Shown here: positions 39,784 to 50,669 of the stretch, in pieces
Numbering within the stretch: the stretch's first letter is position 1
Layout of the letters: the number at the start of each line of letters is the position of its first letter
NCBI GenBank assembly: GCA_963733035.1
Contig: CAVTBU010000006.1
Span: forward strand, 64,001 to 128,000
Origin: Pirellulales bacterium
GTDB taxonomy: Bacteria; Planctomycetota; Planctomycetia; Pirellulales; PALSA-1355
Length of the DNA stretch: 64,000 bases
Direction: 5' to 3'
Translations under genes and position numbers: made by a program
The notes under the pieces: model-generated
Told to the model about the DNA's origin: nothing
The model's database searches: none
The model's input: the letters and a program-made list of their open reading frames with translations, nothing else

Positions 39784-41013
39784 ATGGCTGAAAACATGCA
39801 ATTATCCCGCGATGGCTGGCTTCTCTTCATCACCCGCAGCCTGCGGATGTTCGCCTATGGTTTTCTGTCGGTGGTACTTGTTTTGTACCTCACGGCCGAA
39901 GGGCTGAGCGAGCGGCAGATCGGCTTCTTGATTACGATGACGCTCCTAGGCGACATGGCGGTGTCGCTCTGGCTGACAACGGCGGCAGACCGGATCGGAC
40001 GCAAACGGATCCTGATGTTGGGTGCCTGCATGATGGCGGCGTCTGGCGCTGTGTTTGCCCTGACGAGCGATTTCCTGTTTCTCATCGTCGCGGCGACTAT
40101 TGGAGTGCTTAGCCCCAGCGACAAGGAGGTCGGGCCGTTTTTGGCAATCGAGCAGGCGGCGCTCGCACAAACGGTTTCGGACGAGCGACGTACCGGAGTG
40201 TTCGCCTGGTATCATCTGGCCGGCTCAGTGGCTGCGGCACTGGGCGCCTTGGTCGGCGGCTTTGCCGCGCAGCGGTTCCTCGATTTGGGAGTCACCGGGG
40301 CGGCCGTTTATCGTCCGCTTGTGGTGGCATATGCCGGGGTGGGAGTCGCTCTTGCGTTTGGTTTTGCGTGGCTAAGTTCAGCCGCCGAAGCGGCACGCTC
40401 GGAAAGGCCATCCGATCGCAAGCTATGGCTCGGCCTTCATCGCTCGCGCGGCGTTGTGTTGCGGCTTTCGGCCCTGTTCGCCCTCGACGCGTTCGGCGGT
40501 GGATTCATCCTGCAAAGCATCATGGCCTATTGGTTCTATGTCCGCTTTCATCTCGAGCCCGCCACGCTGGGAAGTATTTTCTTCGTTGCCAATCTTTTCG
40601 CCGCGGCGTCGGCTTTGGCGGCCGCATCGCTAGCCCGAAAGTTTGGCTTGATTAACACGATGGTTTTCACCCACCTGCCCTCGAATGTGCTGCTCATGCT
40701 CGTGCCGCTGATGCCAACCGTGGAGTTGGCGATCGCGGTACTGTTGGTGCGGTTCAGTATTTCGCAGATGGACGTGCCGACGCGGCAGTCATACACAATG
40801 TCAGTCGTCGATCCGGATGAACGCTCGGCTGCCTCCGGCGTGACGACCGTGGCTCGCAGCATTGGGGCGGCGATTTCTCCGACCCTGGCCGGTTACCTGC
40901 TGGCCGACCCGCGGCTGCTGAACTGGCCGTTTTTTATCGCCGGAGGAGTGAAGATCGTCTACGACCTGTGGCTTTATCGTGCGTTTGTCAGGCACGACGT
41001 GCTGACGCACTAG
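39784..41013 (+). CDS. MFS transporter
   Basis: About 12 TM segments, ADRIGRKR motif A, MDVPTRQSY. Confidence 0.92.
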   Translation: MAENMQLSRDGWLLFITRSLRMFAYGFLSVVLVLYLTAEGLSERQIGFLITMTLLGDMAVSLWLTTAADRIGRKRILMLGACMMAASGAVFALTSDFLFLIVAATIGVLSPSDKEVGPFLAIEQAALAQTVSDERRTGVFAWYHLAGSVAAALGALVGGFAAQRFLDLGVTGAAVYRPLVVAYAGVGVALAFGFAWLSSAAEAARSERPSDRKLWLGLHRSRGVVLRLSALFALDAFGGGFILQSIMAYWFYVRFHLEPATLGSIFFVANLFAAASALAAASLARKFGLINTMVFTHLPSNVLLMLVPLMPTVELAIAVLLVRFSISQMDVPTRQSYTMSVVDPDERSAASGVTTVARSIGAAISPTLAGYLLADPRLLNWPFFIAGGVKIVYDLWLYRAFVRHDVLTH

Positions 41014-41038
41014 ACGGTTTATCGTGGGGTGTCGAAAC

Positions 41039-41833
41039 TCACTTGACCACTTGCACTTGAGGAACGTGCAGATTGAATCGTTCCGCGAGGATGGCAATCA
41101 GTTCCGCGTCATCGCCAATCGTTTTGCAGTATGCGGCACCATCCGGGTGCAACTCCGTGAAGTCGCGTCCCACGAGAAGGTACCGCACGTCCGGTAGCGG
41201 GCGCTGTGCCATCAGTTTCTGCCTGAAGATCGATTCTGGGTGCATCGAAACGAAGAAGTTCGGCGGTTCGAAGTCGATCAGTGGATGGTCGTCACGCGTA
41301 AGCGTGTAAAGGTCGATACAACCATCCGTAATTGGCGCTTGCAAAACCCACCAGCGATCGTTCTCGCGGGCGAGGCGATACTCCCAAGCGCCTTGCCGGC
41401 ACGGACCTTCTTCAAACGGGATTGGTTCCAACAACCCATGTCCGCCAAAACCGACGTCACACAGCCACGACCGCCCATCGGCTTCGACTTCAAGGGCCAT
41501 GTGGGTCAGCGGTAGCATGCGCTCGGCACGAAAGCGGACTCGCGCCAAAAGCCGCTTGAGGCGGAAACCTATTGATTCAAGTGCGCTTGCCAGCAGCATG
41601 TTTTGTTCGAAACAGTAGCCGCCGCGTTTGGCTTGCACGAGTTTGGCCTGCAGACCTTCTGGATCGAGACGAATCGGCAGCCCGGCAAGAACATCGAGGT
41701 TCTCAAAGGGAATGTGCGTTGCATGCGCAAAATGAATCGCTCGCAGAACCTCGGCAGTAGCCTGGCGGGGGCCTGCATATTCAATGCGAGAAAGGTAGGC
41801 GTCGAGTTCAATTGCCGAGTTTTCGGTGGCCAT
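41039..41833 (-). CDS. Arylamine N-acetyltransferase
   Basis: IPFENLD, RGGYCFEQN (Cys), THM (His), DVGFGG (Asp). Confidence 0.93.
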   Translation of the reverse strand: MATENSAIELDAYLSRIEYAGPRQATAEVLRAIHFAHATHIPFENLDVLAGLPIRLDPEGLQAKLVQAKRGGYCFEQNMLLASALESIGFRLKRLLARVRFRAERMLPLTHMALEVEADGRSWLCDVGFGGHGLLEPIPFEEGPCRQGAWEYRLARENDRWWVLQAPITDGCIDLYTLTRDDHPLIDFEPPNFFVSMHPESIFRQKLMAQRPLPDVRYLLVGRDFTELHPDGAAYCKTIGDDAELIAILAERFNLHVPQVQVVK

Positions 41834-42034
41834 GGGGATACCTTCGGTGCCTTTAGTCGGTGGTCGAATGTAGCAGCCACGTTGTCGGTTTCGCGAGCTG
41901 CGGATCGATGGGGACGCACAATGTGGGTCGTGAGGTCTTTGCGAATCGGGTGTTGGACTGGTTTTTGCAATGACACCGCCAGCGGGTTGCTCGGCATCTT
42001 GCCGGTTGCTACTGTCGAGGGCAAGGAGAAACCC

Positions 42035-44029
42035 ATGCCAACTATTCATGCTTATTTGCGATGGTTCTTTACGTGGGCAATTGTCGTCTTGGGAGTCTTT
42101 GGGCCCGCCGGCTTTGTCACGGCTGATGATTTACGTCCGCTTGAATACCACAATCCGGGCCTCGTCGTCGACTTAGGTGTCGGCCTGTGGGCCTGGCCAG
42201 TGCCGTGCGACGCTGACGGCGACGGTGACTACGATCTGATCGTCTCCTGCCCCGACAAGCCGTACAACGGCGTGTGGTTGTTCGAAAACACCACTGGTGA
42301 CACGTCACAGCACAAGTTTCCGGTCTTCGAGTCGCCTAAGCGACTTAGCAAAACGGTGCACTACGTGCTTCCCAGCTACGTCGACGGTCACTTGCGAGTG
42401 CTTTCTCCCGGATTCGGATATCCTGACTTTTTGCGATCGGGCTTGGACCGCAAAAAGCCTCTGCCAGCTCCCAAGATAATCCACAATGCGACCGGCAACG
42501 CTCCAGGCCTCCGCAACAAGATTCGCCACAACGAGTGGCGCTATGCCGATTACGATGGCGACGGAGTGACCGATCTCATCGTGGGTATCGAAGACTGGAG
42601 TCATTATGGCTGGGACGATGCCTGGGACGCGCAGGGACGCTGGACGAACGGGCCCTTGCATGGGTTCGTTTATTGGTTGCGGAATACCGGCAGCGATGAA
42701 CAGCCCGATTACGTCGAACCGGCGCTCGTGATGGCCGGGGAAAAGCCGGTCGATACGTTCGGCTGTCCCACGCCCAATTTCGCCGACTTCGATGGCGATG
42801 GCGATCTGGACTTGTTGTGTGGCGAGTTCCTCGACGGTTTCACGTATTTCGAAAACCTGGGTTCCCGCATTTCGCCGCGCTACGCGGAGGGCCGGCGCGT
42901 ACTCGCCAGCAACGGCGAGCCGCTCGCGATGGACTTGGAAATGATCGTGCCGATTGTGTTCGATTGGGACCGCGACGGTGATCTGGATCTAGTCGTCGGC
43001 GACGAGGACGGTCGCGTGGCGCTCGTCGAGAATACCGGTTCATGGAGCGACAACGGTACACCGCGATTTCTGAGTCCGCGCTACTTCCAACAGCAGGGAG
43101 AACTGCTCAAGTGCGGGGCACTTGCGACGCCGGTCGGTTGCGATTGGGATGGGGATGGCGACACCGATCTCGTTTCCGGCAACACAGCTGGATACATCGA
43201 GTGGTTTGAGAATTTGAGCGGTGCTGGCGTGGCCGTGCCCAAATGGGCGGCACCGGTGCGTTTGCAGGCGGGCGGCGAGACATTTCGCGTGATGGCCGGT
43301 CCCAACGGCAGCATTCAGGGGCCCTGTGAAGCGAAATGGGGATATACGACACATTCGGTCGCCGATTGGGACCTGGACGGTCTGCCGGACATCGTGCTGA
43401 ATTCCATTTGGGGCCGCGTCCAGTGGCTGAAAAACGTTGGTACTCGAGAGAAGCCAAAGCTGGCGACCGCCGCGCCGGTCGAAGTCGACTGGCCGGCCGC
43501 GCCGCCCAAGCCGACCTGGACCTGGTGGACCCCTAAACACAATGAGCTGGTCACCCAGTGGCGCACCACGCCGGTGGTGCATGATTTCACGGGCGATGGT
43601 CTGCCGGACCTGGCGATGCTCGACACGGAAGGCTACCTGGCGCTCTTCGAACGCACCAGGCACGACGGCCAGCTCGTGCTCCTGCCGCCGCGGCGGGTGT
43701 TCGTCGATGAGCAAGGGGAGCCGCTGCGTCTGAATTCCAACGCCGCCGGCCGGAGCGGCCGCCGCAAACTGTGCGTTGTCGACTGGAACCGCGACGGCAA
43801 GTTCGATTTTCTGCTCAACTCCGCCAATGCCGATCTGCTGGAACAAGTTGAACAGCGCGACGGGCAATGGGTATTCCGCGACGCGGGCTCGATCGCCCAG
43901 CGGAATATCGAAGGCCATGATGTTAGCCCGGCCGTCGTCGACTTTGATGCCAACGGCATCCCCGACTTTGTCGGAGGCGCCGAGGATGGGCACTTCTACT
44001 TCTTGAAGAATCCACGCGCTTCTGACTAG
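42035..44029 (+). CDS. Secreted FG-GAP/VCBS-repeat beta-propeller protein
   Basis: About nine DxDGDGxxDL-type repeats, signal peptide, AAGGAG RBS. Confidence 0.88.
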   Translation: MPTIHAYLRWFFTWAIVVLGVFGPAGFVTADDLRPLEYHNPGLVVDLGVGLWAWPVPCDADGDGDYDLIVSCPDKPYNGVWLFENTTGDTSQHKFPVFESPKRLSKTVHYVLPSYVDGHLRVLSPGFGYPDFLRSGLDRKKPLPAPKIIHNATGNAPGLRNKIRHNEWRYADYDGDGVTDLIVGIEDWSHYGWDDAWDAQGRWTNGPLHGFVYWLRNTGSDEQPDYVEPALVMAGEKPVDTFGCPTPNFADFDGDGDLDLLCGEFLDGFTYFENLGSRISPRYAEGRRVLASNGEPLAMDLEMIVPIVFDWDRDGDLDLVVGDEDGRVALVENTGSWSDNGTPRFLSPRYFQQQGELLKCGALATPVGCDWDGDGDTDLVSGNTAGYIEWFENLSGAGVAVPKWAAPVRLQAGGETFRVMAGPNGSIQGPCEAKWGYTTHSVADWDLDGLPDIVLNSIWGRVQWLKNVGTREKPKLATAAPVEVDWPAAPPKPTWTWWTPKHNELVTQWRTTPVVHDFTGDGLPDLAMLDTEGYLALFERTRHDGQLVLLPPRRVFVDEQGEPLRLNSNAAGRSGRRKLCVVDWNRDGKFDFLLNSANADLLEQVEQRDGQWVFRDAGSIAQRNIEGHDVSPAVVDFDANGIPDFVGGAEDGHFYFLKNPRASD

Positions 44030-44059
44030 TCGGACAACACGTGAAGGAGGAACTCTCAC

Positions 44060-45493
44060 ATGCGGACTTGCATTCACTTGGCACTCGTTGCCATTTGCCT
44101 TGGTAGCGCACAAGTTCGCGCCGCCGACACGCCGCGTCTCAACGTCGTGTTGATTCTTGCCGACGACATGGGGTGGGCCGATTTGGGATGCATGGGGTCG
44201 ACGTTTTACGAGACGCCGCGTCTCGATCGTTTGGCCCGCGAGGGAATGCGGTTCACGCAGGCCTATGCGGCTTGTCCGGTTTGCTCGCCCACCCGCGCGG
44301 CTTTGATGACTGGGCGCTGGCCGGCTCGCGTTGGCATCACCGACTACATTCCCGGCTCTCGCGTCGGCAAGTTGCTGCCGGCTCCTTATTTGCACCAGTT
44401 GCCGCATGAGGAGGTGACTGTTGCCGAGGCATTGCGGCCGGCCGGCTATGCCACCGGCATGTACGGCAAGTGGCATTTGGGCGGCGAAGGCTACCTGCCC
44501 GATACCCAGGGCTTTGCCGAGGCCGACAGCGGCAAGGACGGTCGCGGCTTTAGCGGCGTCCACCGGGCCGATCCGCTTACCGAAAAGGCGCTTGCGTTTT
44601 TGGATCGGCACCAGGACGAGCCGTTCTTCCTCTATCTGCCGCACAACTTGGTGCACACGCCGCTTTTGGCCAAGGAGGCTTTGCGGGCGAAGTACGAGCA
44701 GAAGGCGGCCGGACTCAAGCATGCCGAGACGGAGCGCTTTCGGCCTGAGCGCGATCGGCAGGACCGCCGCGTGCAGGATCATCCCGTTTATGCGGCGATG
44801 ATGGAAGACATCGACACACAGGTTGGCCGCGTGCTCGATAAGCTCGCTGAACTGGGCATTGCCGAACGGACCGTCGTCATCTTCACTTCCGACAACGGTG
44901 GGCTGTCGACGAGCGAAGGATCGCCCACCTCGAACGCGCCGCTCCGCGCCGGCAAAGGGTGGCTCTATGAAGGGGGCATCCGCGTGCCGCTCATCGTCCG
45001 CTGGCCCGGCGTTGTCGAACCCGACAGCACTTGCGATGTACCAGTCGTCACGACCGACTACTTTCCCACCGTTCTCGAGATGTGCGGAGTCGCTCGGCAC
45101 CCCGAATGGCACCGCGATGGTGTCAGCATCGTGCCGTTGCTCAAGCAGTCCGATACGCTGGCGGCTCGGCCGCTGTACTGGCACTATCCGCACTACGGAA
45201 ACCAGGGGGGAATTCCGGGCGGAGCCGTGCGCGACGACGATTGGAAACTGATCGAATTCTTCGAGGACGACCACGTCGAACTGTACAATCTGGCCGACGA
45301 TTTGGCCGAACAGCACGATCTGGCCAGTTCCCAGCCTGAGCAGGCCCAGGAGCTTCGCGACCAATTGCACGCCTGGCGAGCGTCGGTCGACGCCAAGATG
45401 CCCTCGCGCAATCCGAATTACACCGGGAAGACCGAGATTCCGGGCCGTGAGCGGCGTCCGGCGGCACAAAATCGTCGGGACCGCGAGAAGTGA
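44060..45493 (+). CDS. Sulfatase (formylglycine-dependent)
   Basis: ADDMG, CSPTRAALMTGR, GKWHLG, SDNGG, YEGGIRVP. Confidence 0.95.
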   Translation: MRTCIHLALVAICLGSAQVRAADTPRLNVVLILADDMGWADLGCMGSTFYETPRLDRLAREGMRFTQAYAACPVCSPTRAALMTGRWPARVGITDYIPGSRVGKLLPAPYLHQLPHEEVTVAEALRPAGYATGMYGKWHLGGEGYLPDTQGFAEADSGKDGRGFSGVHRADPLTEKALAFLDRHQDEPFFLYLPHNLVHTPLLAKEALRAKYEQKAAGLKHAETERFRPERDRQDRRVQDHPVYAAMMEDIDTQVGRVLDKLAELGIAERTVVIFTSDNGGLSTSEGSPTSNAPLRAGKGWLYEGGIRVPLIVRWPGVVEPDSTCDVPVVTTDYFPTVLEMCGVARHPEWHRDGVSIVPLLKQSDTLAARPLYWHYPHYGNQGGIPGGAVRDDDWKLIEFFEDDHVELYNLADDLAEQHDLASSQPEQAQELRDQLHAWRASVDAKMPSRNPNYTGKTEIPGRERRPAAQNRRDREK

Positions 45494-45589
45494 CTTCCGG
45501 GGCGGGGCATGCCAGAATAGTGCAAACCGGCGGCTTCCCATTGCGGGCCGACGTGGTTGCCGGATTGTGCGATCTTCGAGGCGGGCGAG

Positions 45590-46594
45590 ATGACCTTTGC
45601 TGGTACGTCCGAGAATGCCGACCACAGGCGGCGCGGGTTTACCCTCGTCGAGTTGCTGGTGGTGATCGCGATTGTGGGCGTGTTGCTGTCGCTGTTGTTG
45701 CCGGCCGTGCAATCGGCGCGCGAGGCGGCGCGGCGTGCTTCCTGCACCAACAACCTGCGGCAGTTGGGTGTGGCAATGCAGAACTTTCACGATACCAACG
45801 GGTATTTGCCGCCGGGACGCAATGGCCCGCCGCCGCATATTTTCTCGGCGCAGGCTTATCTGTTGCCGTTCGTCGAGGAAGGCTCGCTCCAAGGGCAGAT
45901 CGACTTCGATCAATCGCCCACCACGGTCGTCATCGGGGGCGTGGTCTACAGCGGCGCGGCCAACGCGTGGGCCGGCGCCCAGGCGGTGCCCGTGTTGCAA
46001 TGTCCCAGCGATACCGAACCAGGCCGCGTGTATGGTTCCGATTACGGCGCGACGAACTACGTGGCCAACGTTGGTAGCGGACGGATCGACGTGGGCACGA
46101 TCACCAAATCCGACGGCGTGTTCTTTCGCGAGTCGCACGTCGGCTTCAACCAGATTACCGACGGCACGTCGCACACCGTGGCTTTCAGCGAACGCATGCT
46201 CGGTCCCGGCACGACGTACGCCGCCGGAACGCCGCTGCCTGGACAGTTCGTGGGCCTTTATATCCTCGAACTGTTCAGCGCATCGCCGGTTTCCGATACC
46301 AACTGCGGACAACCGACCAATGGTTCCTGGTACGCAGCTCGCGGGGCGAAGTGGATCTTGGGCAACTATGGCAACACGCTCTACAACCATCACCTCGCTC
46401 CGAATGCGAACACTTGGGACTGCATGAACCTGCCGCAGCAGCAGGGCTACCTGGCGGCTCGCAGTTATCATCGCGAAGGCGTGAACGTGCTGTTTTGCGA
46501 CAGCAGCGTGCGGTTTGTTGACGACACAATCTCGATCAGCTTGTGGCAGGCGATCGCCACCCGCGCTGGCGAGGAGATTGTCGAGGGCTTTTGA
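45590..46594 (+). CDS. DUF1559 / type IV pilin N-terminal methylation domain protein
   Basis: [39 protein letters not shown], and a C-terminal H-X9-D motif. Confidence 0.93.
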   Translation: MTFAGTSENADHRRRGFTLVELLVVIAIVGVLLSLLLPAVQSAREAARRASCTNNLRQLGVAMQNFHDTNGYLPPGRNGPPPHIFSAQAYLLPFVEEGSLQGQIDFDQSPTTVVIGGVVYSGAANAWAGAQAVPVLQCPSDTEPGRVYGSDYGATNYVANVGSGRIDVGTITKSDGVFFRESHVGFNQITDGTSHTVAFSERMLGPGTTYAAGTPLPGQFVGLYILELFSASPVSDTNCGQPTNGSWYAARGAKWILGNYGNTLYNHHLAPNANTWDCMNLPQQQGYLAARSYHREGVNVLFCDSSVRFVDDTISISLWQAIATRAGEEIVEGF

Positions 46595-47159
46595 GCGCGG
46601 TTGCGGCCTGGTCTGTTGCGTGGCCGGCCGCAAGTGCTCATCATCTTGCCAAAGCTGCTGGCCGGAATTCAACGGCCCCCCGCGGCGCGTGCACATTTTT
46701 CCGTGCCTGGCGCCCGTTGGCGGCGTGACTTTCCATCGGCGCCGAAGCGCAAACTGGCCTGCTTCGGATTTTCAAAGATTTCGAGTGGCTCAATTTTGGT
46801 GCACATTGTTCGTGATTCTTTTTCTTTTCCATGGGAGCCCGAAAAATTGTCGAGCGAGTCGGGGTTATTTTTCGCAATTTGCCCCGTGTGAACATCACCT
46901 TCGAACCGTTCACCTCGAATCGAGAATCGGCCGACCGTACGCTACCCTAGGTGCTGGCCCGATTGAAAGCGGTGAAAAGCGCGGAGTGACGCTTGCAAGG
47001 CGGAGTGCCAGAAGAATCGATGCCACGTTGGTCGATCTAGTCCCCGCGGTCATGGCGGCAGCGATGTGTTTCGCGTAAAACGACTCGTCGAGCCGTCGAA
47101 TGCGAAACTCTCATGAGATCGAGCGAGGCGTTGGTTCGCGTGATTGAGATCTCCCACTG

Positions 47160-48364
47160 ATGGATCAAAGCGCCGTGGACATTGCTGTTTTGGGAGCCGG
47201 GGTCGGTGGCGTCACGGCTGCGATTGCGCTGGTTCAGCGCGGCTTTGAGGTCTCGATCTTTGAACGAACGTCGGCACCTGCGCATATCGGCGCGGGAATG
47301 GTTCTGTGGCCCAATGCCAGCTTCGTGCTGCACAAACTGGGGCTGTTGTCTGGCGTGGCTGCTTGTTCGGGTCGCCCCGAAACCATGCGGCGGATCAGTT
47401 CCGAAGGAGAGCGGCTGGGCGAGTTGGATCTCAGGGCGATTGATCGCAGGATGGGGTATCCGAGCTATTCCATCCTGCCGCGGACCTACAGTCGGTGTTG
47501 CTGAGCGAGTTGAATCGCCTGGGCGTTGAGGTCCAGTACGACCATGCGGTTGCCGCGATCGAAGCGGACGGGCAAGGTCGAACAGGCGTTACGTTCGAGA
47601 ACGGACGAAGACTGACACCGCGGATCGCCGTGGGTGCCGATGGCAGAATGAACTCGCGGGCTCGCCAGTACGTGCATGGCGAGAATTCGCCCGTGTATCA
47701 AGGGTTCATCAATTGGATCGGGACCTTCGAATGCGAGGCGGACATCGTAGACGAAATGGCGATTCTCGATGTATGGGGCGTCGGCGAGCGGTTTGGTGTC
47801 GTTCCCGTTTCACTCAAGAAGGTGTACTGGGCAGGCGGGGCAGCCGAACCGACCATCGCGGCCGACAAAACGAAGGACAATCGAGACGAGCTGCAGCGGA
47901 AATTCGCGGGTTGGCCCGCGCCGATTCCGGATTTGATTGCCAGAACGCCGGAAGCGTCCATCCGCAAGATCCACGTTCACGATCATGATCCGATCGAGAT
48001 TTGGCATCGAGATAATGTCGTGCTGCTGGGGGACGCGGCGCACGCGCCACTGCCGACGTCGGGCCAAGGTGCCTGTCAGGCGATGGAAGACGCTTGGCAG
48101 CTGGCAAACTGCCTGGCCGCACATCGCCATTCGCACCCAGCGGCATTCGCCGACTACACAGCGCTGCGGCGCGACAAAACGGCGGGAATCATCCGCGCCG
48201 GCCGGGCATTCGCGGACTCGCTGTTCCGCCGAGACGAGGAGTTCTGTCGCCTGCGCAACCGGCGCAGCAAAGAGGCCGACTACACGGCCACGGCCGAAGG
48301 CATGGCGAAAGCCTGGAGTCAGGGTTTGCCCATCGACGAAAACCGAGGCAGCCCAAGTCGCTGA
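47160..48364 (+). CDS. FAD-dependent monooxygenase; frameshift near 47478
   Basis: GAGVGG in ORF 47160..47504, then GADG and LLGDAAH...SGQGA in 47495..48364. One missing base rejoins ...SIL-x-x-DLQSVLL. Confidence 0.85.
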
Positions 48365-48386
48365 CCTCACTTCCCCGTTGCGTGTT

Positions 48387-49152
48387 TTAAGCCGGATCGA
48401 CCGTGAAGTGGTCACTGGAGGTGGCTACGTCGATTTGGCCGCTTTGGGCGTAGGGGTCGAACTGGCTGAGGAGTTTGGCCAGCGGCAGCTCGTTGAGGTA
48501 GTTGGCGAACAGGAAGCGGAGGATCTTTTGGCGGTTCTCGGTCGAGTCGGGGAAACGGATTGCGTAGGGGGCGGCCGTGCGGCGATACTCGATGCCCTGG
48601 CGAGTGAGAGCAGTGGCGACGTCTTCGGCTGTGTAGTAGGGAACCGGTCGGCCCAAAAGCGCAAAGCCGGCCTTCCACAGACCGAGCAGCATGTTGTCCC
48701 AGGGGGCGATTGCCGTCAGCAGTTTTCCGCCGGGCGCAATTGCGGCGACAAGCTTGTGCAGCGTGTCGTCCAGGTCGTCGACGTAGTACAAGACGTGGTT
48801 GGCCAGGATGAGGTCGAACCGCGGTTCGCCGGCGTCGGGTGGAGTTTCGGCGATCGAAATGGGGCGCCGAGTGAAGCTGGCGAGCCGCTCGGTTGCTTCC
48901 CCGCGGCGCTCGCGCACCGGCTCGACGAGCATCAGCTCCAGCGCTTGTGCACCGCCAGTGCAGGGTCGCGAGGAGCTGCTCGGTGAACGAGCCCGAGCCG
49001 CACCCGAAGTCGAGCATGCGAATCGCCGTGCGGCCATCGGCAAAGCCGGCCAGCTCGCGGGCGTATTCCGCCGCGTCGCTTTCGGCTTCGGTGGCGTGCG
49101 CCATGAAGAACTCGTAGTCCTTATGGATCGGCCCGAAATCCTTGGCTGCGAT
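48387..49152 (-). CDS. Class I SAM-dependent methyltransferase; frameshift near 48953, start codon uncertain
   Basis: MLDFGCGSG in one frame, and FDLILANHVLYY / APGG in the adjacent frame. Confidence 0.75.
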
Positions 49153-49194
49153 GGCTGCGCTCCGGCTTGCGGCGAGGGTAGACGAGGGGAATTA

Positions 49195-49251
49195 AACCAC
49201 AAAGGCACGAAGACACAAAGAAGAGACACGAACCAGGAGTAGGTGAAGAGG
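49195..49251. repeat. Left arm of a palindromic (CACAAAG-type) intergenic repeat
   Basis: AACCACAAAGGCACGAAGACACAAA (49195-49219) and GTGAAGAGG (49243-49251) are complementary to 50730-50754 and 50713-50721. Confidence 0.75.
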
Positions 49252-49383
49252 TCGCTGGTGCAGTTCAAAGGCGATTTCGTCAAGGCGCCAACTGTGGCTA
49301 GTAATGATCGCGGCCAGGTTGACCTTCCCCACGATTCGTGGCGCGCGACAGAACTGGCATAATGCCGGTGAAAGGAGCGTGTC

Positions 49384-49665
49384 ATGGGTCGTCGAGTGTA
49401 TTCGCGTGAGTTCAAGGTGTCGGCGGTCAAGTTGGTGAACCAGCAGGGCTATACGGTCGTGGAGGCGGCCAAGAGCCTGGGCGTGGACGCCGCCTCGATC
49501 CGCAATTGGCTGAAGAAGTTCGGGCCGGAAGTGGGCGTCAGCGCGAGCGGTGACTCGGCTTTGCGGGCGGAACTGCGGCGGCTGCGGGAGGAGAACAAGC
49601 GGCTCCTCATGGAGCGTGAGATTTTAAAAAAAGCGACGGCCTTCTTCGCCAAGCACCAGCCCTGA
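49384..49665 (+). CDS. IS3 transposase OrfA (HTH + leucine zipper)
   Basis: YSREFKVSAV, AAKSLGV...IRNW, ELRRLREENKRLLMEREILKKATAFF. A7G slippery site at 49626-49633. Confidence 0.95.
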   Translation: MGRRVYSREFKVSAVKLVNQQGYTVVEAAKSLGVDAASIRNWLKKFGPEVGVSASGDSALRAELRRLREENKRLLMEREILKKATAFFAKHQP

Positions 49666-49688
49666 GATTCGCGTTCATCAAGGATCAC

Positions 49689-50669
49689 ATGCGGGAGTTT
49701 CCGGTGAACGTGATGTGCCGAGTTTTGCAGGTAACCAGGAGCGGTTACTACGCCTGGTGGAAGCGTGCGCCGAGCGTAACCGCCGAGCGGCGGGCGAAGC
49801 TGACCGACCAGATCCGCCGCGTGCACGAGCGGAGCCGCGCGGTGTACGGCTCGCCGCGCGTGCATCGCGACCTGATCGCAGAAGACGTTCGCTGCTCGAA
49901 GAACACGGTGGCCAAGCTGATGCGTGCCGCCGGTCTGCGTTCGAAAATGCATCGCCGGTTCCGCGTCCGGACGACCGAAAGCCGTCACGCCCATCCGATC
50001 GCTCCGAACCGGCTGAATCGGGCGTTTTGCCAGCCGCAGCCCGATCGGGCCTGGGCGGCCGACATCACGTACGTCCGCACGGCCGAGGGCTGGCTGTACT
50101 TGGCGGTGGTGATCGACTTGTGTTCGCGGAAGATCGTGGGCTGGGCCACCAGCGATTCGCTGGCTGCGGACTTGTGCTTGCGGGCGCTGCGGTTGGCGAT
50201 CGAGCAGCGGCGGCCGCAGAACGAGGTGTTGCATCACAGCGATCGGGGCGTGCAGTACGCCTGCGACGACTACCAGGGCTTGCTCACGCGGTATGGCCTG
50301 CAAGCCAGCATGAGTCGCCGTGGCAACTGCTACGACAATGCCGTCGCGGAAAGCTTCTTCGGCACGCTGAAGACGGAGCTGGTGTATCACGAACAGTACA
50401 CGACTCAAGAGGTCGCTCGACAAAGCCTGTTTGAATACATCGAAGTGTTCTACAATCGTCGTCGGCGTCATTCGTCGCTGGGGCACTTGAGCCCGGTGGA
50501 GTACGAAGAAAGCCTCGCCAGCGGCGCCCCAGCCTTCCGGCGGACTCTGGCAGATACCGCTCTCCAAGCATCATCCGCCCACGAGCACCGCGACCGCGCA
50601 AGACCCGCGAAGGGTCTCGCGGGTCGCCAACCCAATACCCCAAACTCAAACCCAATGTCCAACAAATAA
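49689..50669 (+). CDS. IS3 transposase OrfB (DDE integrase core), expressed as OrfAB by -1 frameshift
   Basis: YGSPR, WAADITY, HHSDRGVQY, CYDNAVAESFF. The -1 frame is open from the slippery site into OrfB. Confidence 0.95.
   Translation: MREFPVNVMCRVLQVTRSGYYAWWKRAPSVTAERRAKLTDQIRRVHERSRAVYGSPRVHRDLIAEDVRCSKNTVAKLMRAAGLRSKMHRRFRVRTTESRHAHPIAPNRLNRAFCQPQPDRAWAADITYVRTAEGWLYLAVVIDLCSRKIVGWATSDSLAADLCLRALRLAIEQRRPQNEVLHHSDRGVQYACDDYQGLLTRYGLQASMSRRGNCYDNAVAESFFGTLKTELVYHEQYTTQEVARQSLFEYIEVFYNRRRRHSSLGHLSPVEYEESLASGAPAFRRTLADTALQASSAHEHRDRARPAKGLAGRQPNTPNSNPMSNK

Noticed and set aside
41603..42034. N-terminal 144 codons of the 808-aa ORF
   Set aside because: It overlaps the N-acetyltransferase on the other strand. 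The RBS and signal peptide point to a start at 42035.
43040..46696. 1218-aa minus-strand ORF
   Set aside because: It is an antisense shadow. The FG-GAP, sulfatase and DUF1559 genes all lie in the same + frame, so the stop-poor complementary frame stays open across them. The translation has no recognisable motifs.
46595..47159. Long intergenic region and the 187-aa ORF 46515..47078 as a gene or ncRNA
   Set aside because: No coding motifs and no recognisable RNA family. Only a GC hairpin (TTGCGGCC...GGCCGCAA) follows the DUF1559 stop, and it has no U-tract.
49195..49232. Short CACAAAG repeats as a CRISPR array
   Set aside because: The units are 8 nt with no spacers and no cas genes. They are better explained as one arm of a palindrome.
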